NCBI GenBank assembly: GCA_964019335.1
Contig: OZ025649.1
Location: 558,001-622,000 of the forward strand
Length of the DNA stretch: 64,000 bases
Source of the DNA: Diplonema japonicum
Lineage: Eukaryota; Protista; Euglenozoa: Diplonemea
Direction: 5' to 3'
Made by a program: the position numbers and the translations under genes. Below are positions 44,508 through 54,909 of the stretch, one piece after another. Position 1 is the stretch's first letter; each line of letters starts with the position of its first letter. A model generated the notes under the pieces. It was not told where the DNA came from. It searched no databases and worked only from the letters and a program-made list of their open reading frames with translations.

Positions 44508-45368
44508 ATGTGGCAGTATTTTGCAGTCTGGGGCGTGGCCCTTGGAGTCGTGTGGGCGACAGGGTGGGTTGTGGTAGGGCTGCTGGTGAGTGGTGTACTA
44601 GGGTGGTTCATGGTGGATCACAGTGAGGGGTGGGAGTGGGCTGGGAAGAGAGTGGTTCTAGTCGGGGGTGCTGGGGGTTTAGGAAAAGAGCTGAAGAAGG
44701 CGATTGAACAGAAAGGGGGTGTGGTGAGCGTGTGGGATGTAACGGAAGGTGATTGCGTAGTGGATATGGGGTGCCGGAGGCAGGTTGCTGGCGCGGTAAA
44801 AGAAGCGGGTCAGGTTGATGTCCTGGTGTGCGGTGCGGGGGTCACGTCCAACACACGCTTCCTAAGCCTCGAGAAGGACGTCTCTGATGCCACCTTCAAT
44901 GTGAACCTAAAGTCCCCAGTATGGACCATCCAGCTCTTCCTCCCTGTCCTGACCCCCACGGCTCGCGTCTGCGTCGTGTCAAGCGCCGTCGGCACCGTTG
45001 GCGGCATCGCAGGAATCTCTGAGTACTGTGCCAGCAAGTGGGGACTCACCGGATGGACAGAGGTCTTAAAGCACACCTTCCCCTATCCCATCACCACCGT
45101 TTCCCCTTCCTTCATGACTACGACTATGTTCGAAGGAGTAGCCTTCACACCTCTCCAAAACATCATCACCCCACCCGTCACCCCGGAGTATGTTGCTAAC
45201 CAGACTGTCTACGCCATCCAACACAAGCATCACACTGTGATGTTTCCCCATATCTTCTGGGTAATCAGGCTTGCCTCTGTCCTGTTACCGTGTTCCGTCG
45301 TCGACATGCTGGCGCATCCCTTCGGGGTGCACAAAGCCGCTGTGAACATCAAGAAACGAAAGCAATAG
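44508..45368 (+). CDS. Membrane-anchored short-chain dehydrogenase/reductase (retinol dehydrogenase-like)
   Basis: N-terminal TM, GGAGGLG, DVLVCGAG, VSS, YCASK. Confidence 0.88.
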   Translation: MWQYFAVWGVALGVVWATGWVVVGLLVSGVLGWFMVDHSEGWEWAGKRVVLVGGAGGLGKELKKAIEQKGGVVSVWDVTEGDCVVDMGCRRQVAGAVKEAGQVDVLVCGAGVTSNTRFLSLEKDVSDATFNVNLKSPVWTIQLFLPVLTPTARVCVVSSAVGTVGGIAGISEYCASKWGLTGWTEVLKHTFPYPITTVSPSFMTTTMFEGVAFTPLQNIITPPVTPEYVANQTVYAIQHKHHTVMFPHIFWVIRLASVLLPCSVVDMLAHPFGVHKAAVNIKKRKQ

Positions 45369-45426
45369 TTCGACACCACGTTATTCCTTTCACAATTTCT
45401 ATTTTATTACAGTAGGGGTTCGTAGC

Positions 45427-47727
45427 ATGAGCACCGACACGCCAGTTGCGGGTAGTGCGGGCAGCGATGATGGCAACAGAAGTACATCGTCAAAGATGAG
45501 CAGAAATGAGAGCCCGGCTGCATCGGTGGCAAGTGCGGACCTGCCCAGTCCGAGTACAGTAGACTTGGACAAGGGAAAAATAACAGACGAAAAGGAAGAA
45601 GAAGAAGTAGAAGGTTCAGAGCATGGTGAGGAGTCCAGCGAGCTAGCCAAAAGCGAGCAAGTCGAAGAAGAGCCCGATGGGACCCCTACTGCCGAGGACA
45701 AGGCACTCGAAAAGGACCCATTCGAAGAATCTAATTTAACACTGACTGTGCATAGCGCCGACATCCCCGAGAGTGCTAGAAGGGTCCAGTTTGACATGAA
45801 CGTGACGGAAGCCGCAGAAACCAACGATGCTCTCTCCGTGAAGGAGCCTGGAAGCGCTGCCCTCAGCAGCCTACTGTCAGACAGCAGTTTCTACGAAGCT
45901 GATAAGCTGCCCGTAATGCCGTTGCTGCCGCTTCCCTTTGCGAAGATTCCGATCCTGTCGCAACGTGACGACGCAGGCACCGCCAGCGACACCACAGAGA
46001 CATTCAGCGAAACTCCGAACTGGGAGTCCATGTCCGGGACAGAGATGGTAGAAAAACTGGCAATGGACCTGTGCATCCATCAGGGCTCTCTGCACGACAA
46101 GGTAACGCTGTTGGAGAAGGTAGTGGAGGAAGCGAGACGGCCCTCCACGTTGTCCGCGCTGCCGATGATGGACATCCCGACTACGGTGATTACATCGCCC
46201 ACGTCGTCTACCTTTTCTTCTCAGACACAGGGCACTACCGACACGGCCAGGTCCGTAAGCACCCCGACAGTGATGGGTCATCTGGATGACCATTCCACAC
46301 GCGAGACGGAAACACCCAAGTCCGCCACCGACTTGGACAACTACCAGTTCCCGCAAGCAGACCTCGAAAATAGAAACGGAAGACAAGCCGGTTTGGGACA
46401 AGAGCTTGACAGCAGTGGATACTCATCGGACGACCATCCTCGACCACACGCAAAGCTCCCTTACAAGCCACAACTTGGCCGAAGGCACATTAAAGCGCAG
46501 CCTGTCACAAATGCCATCTCACAGCCATTCAAGCCCTCCTGCATGAAAGGGTTGATTGTGGCATGTGACTATGACAACACGCACCTCTCGCTTGGCGCTG
46601 GTGTTGACCAGGCCGTGCAGAAGGTCAGATGGATGCTGCAAAGTAGGGGAATCACGGCGAAAACCGTTTTTCAGCCGAATAGAAGCATACTAGACTTTGA
46701 GTTCGAGTGGCTGACCACAGGCTGCACGCCAGGAGACGTTCTGTACTTGGTGGTGATTGGGAGGCCAGGCGGGAGGCAGCTGGATGGATACATCACAGCA
46801 ACTGTGGAGGAAACACTGATCAAGGAGAAGTTTGAGGAGGTATTCAAGAAAGTACAAAAAGGAGTTATATTGTACGTTGTATCCGACTTGTACCCCGCAG
46901 GGCCTGCGTGCGGGCTGCTGCCACATACATTGCTGCACACGGAAGACGGACGGGTGCAGACTGTAACGCAAGATGAGAACGTGACATGGTCGGGCAGCAG
47001 CGAGGGGCTGGTTGTTGTTTTCGCGGCACACACACCACCGATGAACCCCGACCCGAGCAAGGAAGGGAAAAAGCCATATATTTACTCAGGGCTGCTGACG
47101 GAAGCTGTCGTGGAGGCCACAACAGTGACACAGTCCCCATGTATTGGCACCGTGCTAGCAACAATGAAGGTAGCGTTCAGTCGGAGAATATGCGTCGCAG
47201 AGGGTGAACTTCCGCCAACACCTTTCGCAACATCTTACCACAGCATAGGTGCTTGGAAGGACAAATTATTCCTGGAGGCAAACACTGCCAATCCGATAGT
47301 GGTGAAAGAGGCGCCGGAAACTGTCTCAGAAATGCTTGAGGAGCCTTCTGAAGGGTTTAGCCAAACGGAGTACTGTGCAAACATCACGGGAGATCTTACA
47401 AAGGAGCGGAACATCAAAACGCCGCCTGTGGTGGTGTCTGTCCCCTCCGCACCTTCGACAGCTATGACACCGATCAACCTTAATAACCATAACACATCGC
47501 AGCACCGTTCCTACTCTGTCAAGAAGAAGTCTTTCTGGGATATACCTCAGGCTGAAGTGATTTCCTTCCCCCCAACCAGTGCCTCGGCTTCTACCGCCAC
47601 CTCCCAGTACTCTGACGACACTTACTCCGTCTCAGCGCTCAGCTCTGTCACTGAGCATGACCCGAGAATCTCCCCAAAACGTATCCAGCGCCCTCAGACG
47701 TATCCCGCAAAGCGGAGATTTTGGTAG
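45427..47727 (+). CDS. Metacaspase-fold protein, predicted catalytically dead, with long disordered flanks
   Basis: KGLIVACDY, PNRS.L..WL..G..PGDVLYL..IGRP (cf. SGHG), SDLYPAG (cf. DCCHSG), GLLT. Confidence 0.72.
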   Translation: MSTDTPVAGSAGSDDGNRSTSSKMSRNESPAASVASADLPSPSTVDLDKGKITDEKEEEEVEGSEHGEESSELAKSEQVEEEPDGTPTAEDKALEKDPFEESNLTLTVHSADIPESARRVQFDMNVTEAAETNDALSVKEPGSAALSSLLSDSSFYEADKLPVMPLLPLPFAKIPILSQRDDAGTASDTTETFSETPNWESMSGTEMVEKLAMDLCIHQGSLHDKVTLLEKVVEEARRPSTLSALPMMDIPTTVITSPTSSTFSSQTQGTTDTARSVSTPTVMGHLDDHSTRETETPKSATDLDNYQFPQADLENRNGRQAGLGQELDSSGYSSDDHPRPHAKLPYKPQLGRRHIKAQPVTNAISQPFKPSCMKGLIVACDYDNTHLSLGAGVDQAVQKVRWMLQSRGITAKTVFQPNRSILDFEFEWLTTGCTPGDVLYLVVIGRPGGRQLDGYITATVEETLIKEKFEEVFKKVQKGVILYVVSDLYPAGPACGLLPHTLLHTEDGRVQTVTQDENVTWSGSSEGLVVVFAAHTPPMNPDPSKEGKKPYIYSGLLTEAVVEATTVTQSPCIGTVLATMKVAFSRRICVAEGELPPTPFATSYHSIGAWKDKLFLEANTANPIVVKEAPETVSEMLEEPSEGFSQTEYCANITGDLTKERNIKTPPVVVSVPSAPSTAMTPINLNNHNTSQHRSYSVKKKSFWDIPQAEVISFPPTSASASTATSQYSDDTYSVSALSSVTEHDPRISPKRIQRPQTYPAKRRFW

Positions 47728-47847
47728 CTAGAGACCCCCCACCCCAATGTTAGAGTTTTTCCTCTTTTGTAACATTACATTTTTTTTTGTTGTTCGACGT
47801 TGTACTGTTCATTACATATAGAGATTAATAAGAAATAGAATAAAAGA

Positions 47848-49039
47848 ATGCAGTGGAACGACGAATGCCCCCCACTGCTCGACTTCAACTACACAGAGGG
47901 CGAGGAGTACAGTTATGCGGAAGACAGTGAGCTTGGAACGCTTGCAGCGCAAATCAACAGCTACACCAGCACGAATGGCTCAGTGATAGAGGAGAACCTC
48001 TCCATCATCCTGAGTCTCAAGGAGACGCAGTGGAACGGGCGGAGGTTCACAGGACAGCCTGGCGTAGGCATCACAGAGTCGCTCACAGCGTTCTTCATCA
48101 AACTGGCGAGATATGATTTCAGGCTGCCTAATGGTGTGCAAGGCTTTGGTGAGGATCCTGTTCTCATGGACAAGATCACAAGGCACCTCCTGCAGCGGGA
48201 GCGGAAGGACAGGCCAGACATCGGGGCTTTGGACAGACCGAACACCAACAGCATCCAAAGCCTGTACAGGCTCATGCTCATAGATTGGATGGTCGAGGTG
48301 GCGATGGGCTGGAACTTGAAGCTGCAGACCATCCACCGTGCTGTGCTGTACGTGGACAGGGTCTTCTCGAACATCAAGACGTACGTCATGACCTCACAGG
48401 TGCAGCTCATCGGCTGCACGTGCCTCATGCTGGGGTGCAAGATGGAGGAGGTGTGTGACTAAACACATAGCACAGCAAAAATAACAGGTGAACCAAGATA
48501 CCGTTGCGAAGTTCTCCAGCGTGACAGGGAACTCGTACACCTCTAAGAATATCGAGGACATGGAGCAGAAGCTGACGGAGGTGTTGGGGTGCAGGTTCAG
48601 CGACGTGACGATCTGTGTATGCTGTAAAAGCAAAAGAAGAAAAAAAAAAAAAAACTAAAAACAGGATTTCCTGCTGGTGTACTTGGAGATGCTTGGGGTG
48701 AGTAATCCTGCGTGCCGGGGCTTGTGCGAGGTGCTGTCGCAGGTGGCACTGCACAACCTGACGCTGGTGGCAGCGATGCCGAGCTTGGTGGCAATGAGCT
48801 GTGTGTTTGTTGGAATGCACATGACACATCACATCTTTGTGAACCACTGGCAGCCGTGGATGAGACGGTACTTCATGCATACGTCCCAGGAGCTGCAGGA
48901 TTGTGTGAACATGCTGCTCCAGTTTTGGGGCGACTACGCCTCAAAGGTCCCTGGCACGAAGCCTAAGTACGTCCTCCTCCCAATGCTCCCGAGCGTACCC
49001 GTCCACGGCGGCTTTGTGCCACCTGTGAGCTTCGTTTAG
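47848..49039 (+). CDS. Cyclin (A/B-like box), paralog 1; introns 48451-48487 and 48617-48664
   Basis: RLMLIDWMVEV..L..QTIHRAVLYVDR..QLIG.TCLMLGCKMEE; second box ..PSLVA. Confidence 0.9.
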
Positions 49040-52033
49040 TGATCTATTTACCCTTTTTTTTTTCTTCTTTTTTTTTTTTTTATGCGGATTAACACGCGCC
49101 CAGGACCAAGGTGCGAAGAAGAGTCTGGGGTGGAACAGAAGACTAGTTTTTTTCTTTCTGCGGAGAATACCAAGGAGGACGTCATGAAACTGGGTGAGAA
49201 AGGCAACACAGCTTAAAAAGAAAGAAAACACCGAGACGCAGAAAGGGGAAGGGGCAGGTAAGATAGATTATCCTCTCTTTTAAAATGTGGATTCTTAGAA
49301 AAGAATATGAAAGTGCACGGCCCTCCCCTCATGTGTACCCTATTTCCTAGATGTGACCTCATTCATCCCTGTACACTTTTAGAAAAGGATAAAAGAGATT
49401 TTTCTGCTGTTTATTTTTTCGATTATTTCGTTTTCTTTTCATTTCTTTGTGGTGGTGGTGGTTTTTTTTCTTATTTGTGTTCCTACATATGTACTCATGT
49501 TTCTGGGTTGAAATAGAAATAGAAATAGATGAAGAAAAAAAAAACCCCCCCCCCTCATTTTTTCTGGGAGGAGAGGATGGAGAAGGAAACGGGAGAGAAA
49601 AAAAAGGGGGGAATAAAAAAATAAAAAGAGAATTTGTCTCAAATCACCTCCTTCCTTTCAACCTTTCTGTGGCTTAGAGTCAGTAGTGAACCGTTAAGGA
49701 GGGGGGGGGGGGGGAGAAAACAAAAGAAATGAATAGAACAGAGTGGATGTGCCTTTTCTGTCTCTTCGTAATTTTGTTTTTTTTTACCCCCCTTTCCAAA
49801 ACCCACCCACCCCATTTCTTTTTTGCGATCCGACATATCGTAGCCTGGTATAATTTCTTTTTTTTTTTTTAAAAAGAAAGCATTTTTAAGTGAGCAGAAG
49901 CACTTGTTGTTGTAGCTATCCTACAGATTTATCGGTTACGAAAAAGGTGTGTAACCATTTCGTGCAAAATAACTTTGTGGATTCCCTTTCATTTTTTTTT
50001 TTCCCGCATCCAGGAGAAGGATACTGGACTAAATAAATTTATTTATTTTCTTATTTTCGTTAAAGAATAAAAGAAGAACCCCCCCCCCCCCCCCCCGCCG
50101 CCGCCAACTTAAAAAATGAAACGGATGAATTTTTTTTTATAACTACAACACGAAAAGGAAAAAAAAAAAGGTATACCAAGGAAACGTGAAGCCCTTTAGA
50201 TCCCACTACCACCACTCCCTTCCCTCCGTCCCCTCCCCCTTATTTTCTTTATTGTTTCACTAAGAAGTGCAAGGGGAGGAAAAAAAAAGAAAAAAAAAAC
50301 TCCTGACTTGCAACAAACAAGTGGTCGAAAAAAAAGAGAGTTTTTTTCTCTTTTTTTTTTAATGCGCCAATTTTTATGGTTCCTTCAGTTAATAGGAAAA
50401 AAAAGGGGGGTCGAAAAATTTAAAAAAGGGGTTCCCCCCCCCCCCCGAAAAACGAAAAAGCGAGAGAAAAAAAATAAAAATTAAAAAAAGAAAGAGGAAA
50501 AGAAGAAGAAGAAAAAGAGCTATCAATCAAACCAAATGTGTCGTTTCTTCTTCTTTCTTTTTGGTGGTCCTCAAATGGGATTTGCCTTTAAACATCGCCT
50601 TTTCTTTTTTTTTTCCCTTTTTTTTTTTGGGTAGCAGCTTTAAATGTGCTTCTGAGCGCTTTGGTGCTATAGTGATGACACGCAAAGGAAGGAGATGAGA
50701 AAGGCTGAAGGTATTGGGTATTCTCCTGGTCCCTTCCTTCTTTTTTATCCTCCCTTCCCCTAATTTATATTCAACTTTTCATCATCAAGAAAAAAAAAAG
50801 AAAAAACAATTACCATAGCAATAAATATATTAACCACCCCCCCCCCCCCCCACTGTCATAGTTATGTATACTAACTATTTTTGTACTCCCTCCCCCGTTC
50901 CCTTTCGTCTGTACCTTTTTTTTTTTTTTAAACCCCTTGGGGAAAAAGAAAAAAAAAAGAAAGAAGGAAAAAAAAAAAAAAAAAAAAAGAAGGTAAAAGA
51001 ACCAGATGAAGAGCAAATTTGGAATTGACTCTTGTCATCTTTTCAGAAAAAAAGAAGAAAAAAAAAGAAAAAAAAAAGAAGAAGAAAAAAAACATAAATA
51101 GGGGACTAACTTTTAAAAATGAGCTCTTTACTTAGTACCCGAAAAAAGTCGAAATTCACGTAAAACCTGCAAAACGAAAAATTTTCGCGGCGTCGCGTCA
51201 AGAAGGTGATCTGTCCCCAAGAACCAAGAATATGCAAAAAAGTGGTAAATTTTCGACGTTTTTTTTTTTTTTTTTTTTTTTTTTTGAATAACTTCGTGAA
51301 ATTCCCTTTTATTTTTTTATTTATTTTTTTTTTAAAAAAGATTTTTAATTTTCCTCCTTCATCCCCCCCCCCCCCCCCCCCCGCGTATACTCCTGATGGT
51401 GAAAGAACTTGTAATTCTTTTCACCCCTTTTCCTTTGCCCCCCCGCTCCTCCCCCCCCCAATTACTTCCTCTCTTCTTTTTTCTTTCTTTCTTAGAACGA
51501 CCGTATGTTACATTAAGAGCAGAATTTACAGTATTTAAACTACAGTAGTATAGGGTTGCCTTGTTTTTTTTTTCCCACCCCCCTTTTTTTTGTCCCACCG
51601 AAGTCTGTAGTCTTTTACCACTGTTCCCTTGTGCACAAACTAAATACCGACTCTCTTTTTTTTTTCTTTTTTTTTTTTCTCCTTTTTTTTTTAGAAGATT
51701 TCCACCCACCCTCACGGGCAAAAAAAACCAATTTTTATATTTCCTACTGAATATGCCGTGTGTAGGAACTTCAGCCTTCAGGGTGAGTCACCCTTCCCCC
51801 TTGCTTAGGGTCTTTTTTTTTTCTTTTTTTTTTTCTCTTTTTTTCATGATAAACCCCAATGAGGCATAAAAAAAGAAAGGTTAGAGTTACCGTAGAATGG
51901 GGAAAGGGTGTATGTCGAAGGTGACAGGAAGAATAAGTACCGTGAGCGGTGTTTCTTTTTATTCTTTTCTTTTTCTTTCTTTCTTTTTTTCCCCCCTCCC
52001 GTAAGGCCAATTCTCCACGCCAATAGAAGGGGG

Positions 52034-53319
52034 ATGCAGCAAGTATGCCCGGACTCCGCACAAGCTGGTGCTGTTTATGATCTGAGTGACATTCAAGATG
52101 CTCTTGGTAGTTACACTGAGCAACAATGCCCCCCACTGCTCGACTTCAACCACACAGAGGGCGAGGAGTACAGTTATGCGGAAGACAGTGAGCTTGGAAC
52201 GCTTGCAGCGCATATCAACAGCTACACCAGCACGAATGGCTCAGTGATAGAGGAGAACCTCTCCATCATCCTGAGTCTCAAGGAGACGCAGTGGAACGGG
52301 CGGAGGTTCACAGGACAGCCTGGCGTAGGCATCACAGAGTCGCTCTTCGCCTTCTTCACCGAATCCAAAAGGGAGGTTCCTGAACACAACATCTCACAGG
52401 GCTTTGGTGAGGATCCTGTTCTCATGGACAAGATCACAAGGCACCTCCTGCAGCGGGAGCGGAAGGACAGGCCAGACAAGCATGCTTTGCAACGGACAAA
52501 CATCTCCAGCATACAACCCCTGTACAGGCTCATGCTCATAGATTGGATGGTCGAGGTGGCGATGGGCTGGAACTTGAAGCTGCAGACCATCCACCGTGCT
52601 GTGCTGTACGTGGACAGGGTCTTCTCGAACATCAAGACTGAGGTCTCGACCGACCAGGTGCAGCTCATCGGCAGCACGTGCCTCATGCTGGGGTGCAAGA
52701 TGGAGGAGGTGTGCGGAGCATGAAAAGGAAACACTACCACACCACACCACACCACACCACAGGTGGACTACGGGTACACATCAGGCATAGCAACAGCCGC
52801 GTACACCATGTACCCCCCACAAGCCATGGAGGACATGGAGCAGAAGCTTGCGGAGGTGTTGGGGTGCAGGTTCAGCGACGTGACGATCTGTGTATGTTAC
52901 GGACAAAGAAAAAAAGGGGAGAAAAAAAAAAGAAAAAAAAACAGGATTTCCTGCTGGTGTACTTGGAGATGCTTGGGGTGAGTAATCCTGCGTGCCGGGG
53001 CTTGTGCGAGGTGCTGTCGCAGGTGGCACTGCACAACCTGACGCTGGTGGCAGCGATGCCGAGCTTGGTGGCAATGAGCTGTGTGTTTGTTGGAATGCAC
53101 ATGACACATCACATCTTTGTGAACCACTGGCAGCCGTGGATGAGACGGTACTTCATGCATACGTCCCAGGAGCTGCAGGATTGTGTGAACATGCTGCTCC
53201 AGTTTTGGGGCGACTACGCCTCAAAGGTCCCTGGCACGAAGCCTAAGTACGTCCTCCTCCCAATGCTCCCGAGCGTACCCGTCCACGGCGGCTTTGTGCC
53301 ACCTGTGAGCTTCGTTTAG
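52034..53319 (+). CDS. Cyclin (A/B-like box), paralog 2; introns 52709-52762 and 52892-52944
   Basis: Duplicate of 47848-49039 with identical intron positions and exon 2/3 lengths (129 and 375 nt). Confidence 0.9.
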
Positions 53320-54639
53320 TGATCCATTTACCATAAAAAAAAGAAAACGAGGGGGGGGAAAAAAAAGAAGTATGGAAAGCCCGACCCAGGGAAGATGGAA
53401 AGGTAAAACGATTTTAAAAAAGAAAAAAAAAAGAAATGAAAGAAATCATTATGTGACCCGGAATCCACGTACTCTAACAATTTTCCAGTATTTTCCAAAA
53501 AGAAAGTCCATTTTCTGTGCAAAGTACTTGCTCGGTTGACCTTTCGTTGACTAAGGGCTTTTGCAGAAGAGTCGAAGGAGGGACCAAATGCCCCCCCCCC
53601 CCCCCCCCCGGCATTACGTGGATTCAGAGTTTTCCAAAGAAAAAGAACGAAAGGACGAGAAATTTAATTTTTTTTTGTTATTTCCACTGCGATCTGTTTT
53701 TTTTTTTTTTTTTTTTTTCTTTTTTGTTATTTCTCCCGAAAGAAAAAAAAAGAAAATCCTTTGTTGGGTGTTTGGATGCAGCAGGTTTTACTTTTGTATC
53801 CCTGGCAAAAGAAGAGGCCTCCCAAAAAGAGGTACCAATGCAAAAAGGAGAAAACGGATAAGTTTTAAAAGGCCAAACATACAAAAAAAAGAAGAAGAAG
53901 AAAAGATGCAACACACACAAGCAACCAAAGCGTACACAGTTGTGGGTTTTACCTTTTATCTCCCCATTTATTACTTCACCTTACCCTCGGGGAAGAAGAG
54001 AGAGACAGAGAGAGATAGCTACGATTCTTTTTTTTTTTTTTTTGCTGCCTTAGCTGGGAAGCTTTTTTCTCTTTATACTATTTTTTTTTTTTTTTTGCTG
54101 TGTTCTTTTGTTTACAAAAGAAGGGAAGAAAAAAAGGGGGGGTGGTGTGAGGGTGGTGTTTTTGATTTTTCTCTTTGTCCCCCCCCCCTCCCACAGTTAG
54201 AAAGAAGAAAGAAAAGAAAACACCGCAAACAAACAAGAAATAATTTCTTTTGTTTGCACATCTTTTTCTGTCATTTATTATGTCATCAAACCGACTGCCC
54301 CACCTAAAGTAAACCACTGTAGCTTGAGTTTCAAAGAAAAGGGGCATATTGCACCCATTGAAAAAAAAAAACCTCTCTCTCTCTCTCTCTCTTCTCCCCC
54401 CACCTTTTTTTTTCTCATCTTTATATCCCCTCCCACATTGCTACACCAAAAAGAGAAAGAGAACGGAAAAAAAAAAAAAAAAAAAAAAAACCGATTATCG
54501 AAAAGAAAAAAGAAGAAAAAAAAATCTTTTTCTTGTATTAATTTCCCCCCCTTCCCAAATATGAGTTTTTTTTTAAATGTCTCTCTCTTTTTTTTAATTT
54601 TTTTTTATTCACAGGGCAGCAAGACCTTTGGCCAGATCT

Positions 54640-54673
54640 AGGTGCGTAACGACACCTCCCTTAAGCGAGTCAT
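54640..54673 (+). repeat. Dispersed intergenic module C, copy 2
   Basis: AGGTGYGTRACGACACCTCCCTTAAGCGAGTCAT, preceded by GGGCAGCAA in both copies. Confidence 0.9.
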
Positions 54674-54909
54674 ATCAGGGAAGTCTGTGTCAGGGTGACG
54701 GCGCTCGGCGGTGAAACAAGAATAAGGCAAACCATGCAGCGAGCGACTGTCACCCAGGCACAAACAGACCTTTGTTGGACAACAAACCCAACTCATAGTC
54801 CTCGGGTTTACTATTATTTATTCCCCCCTCTTTTTTTTTTTTTCCTTCTTTCTTCCCACCCCCGAATTTGAAGGAGGGGGGAAAAAAAAAGAAATAAAAA
54901 AGATTATAT

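Noticed and set aside
43320-45368. 682-aa ORF as a single Fn3-SDR protein
   Set aside because: The linker contains intron-like segments and a polypyrimidine tract, and the SDR has its own ATG and N-terminal TM; annotated as two genes, with the fusion kept only as a hypothesis
50671-50708. GTGATGA..CTGA as a box C/D snoRNA
   Set aside because: Only about 38 nt, with no terminal stem or recognisable rRNA guide
51780-51794. Palindrome AGGGTGA-G-TCACCCT
   Set aside because: Single 7-bp-arm palindrome, expected by chance in 64 kb
47848-53319. Cyclin pair as template/variable repeats of a diversity-generating retroelement using the nearby RT
   Set aside because: Differences are not adenine-specific, include an indel and intron changes, and the RT is a broken LINE-type enzyme
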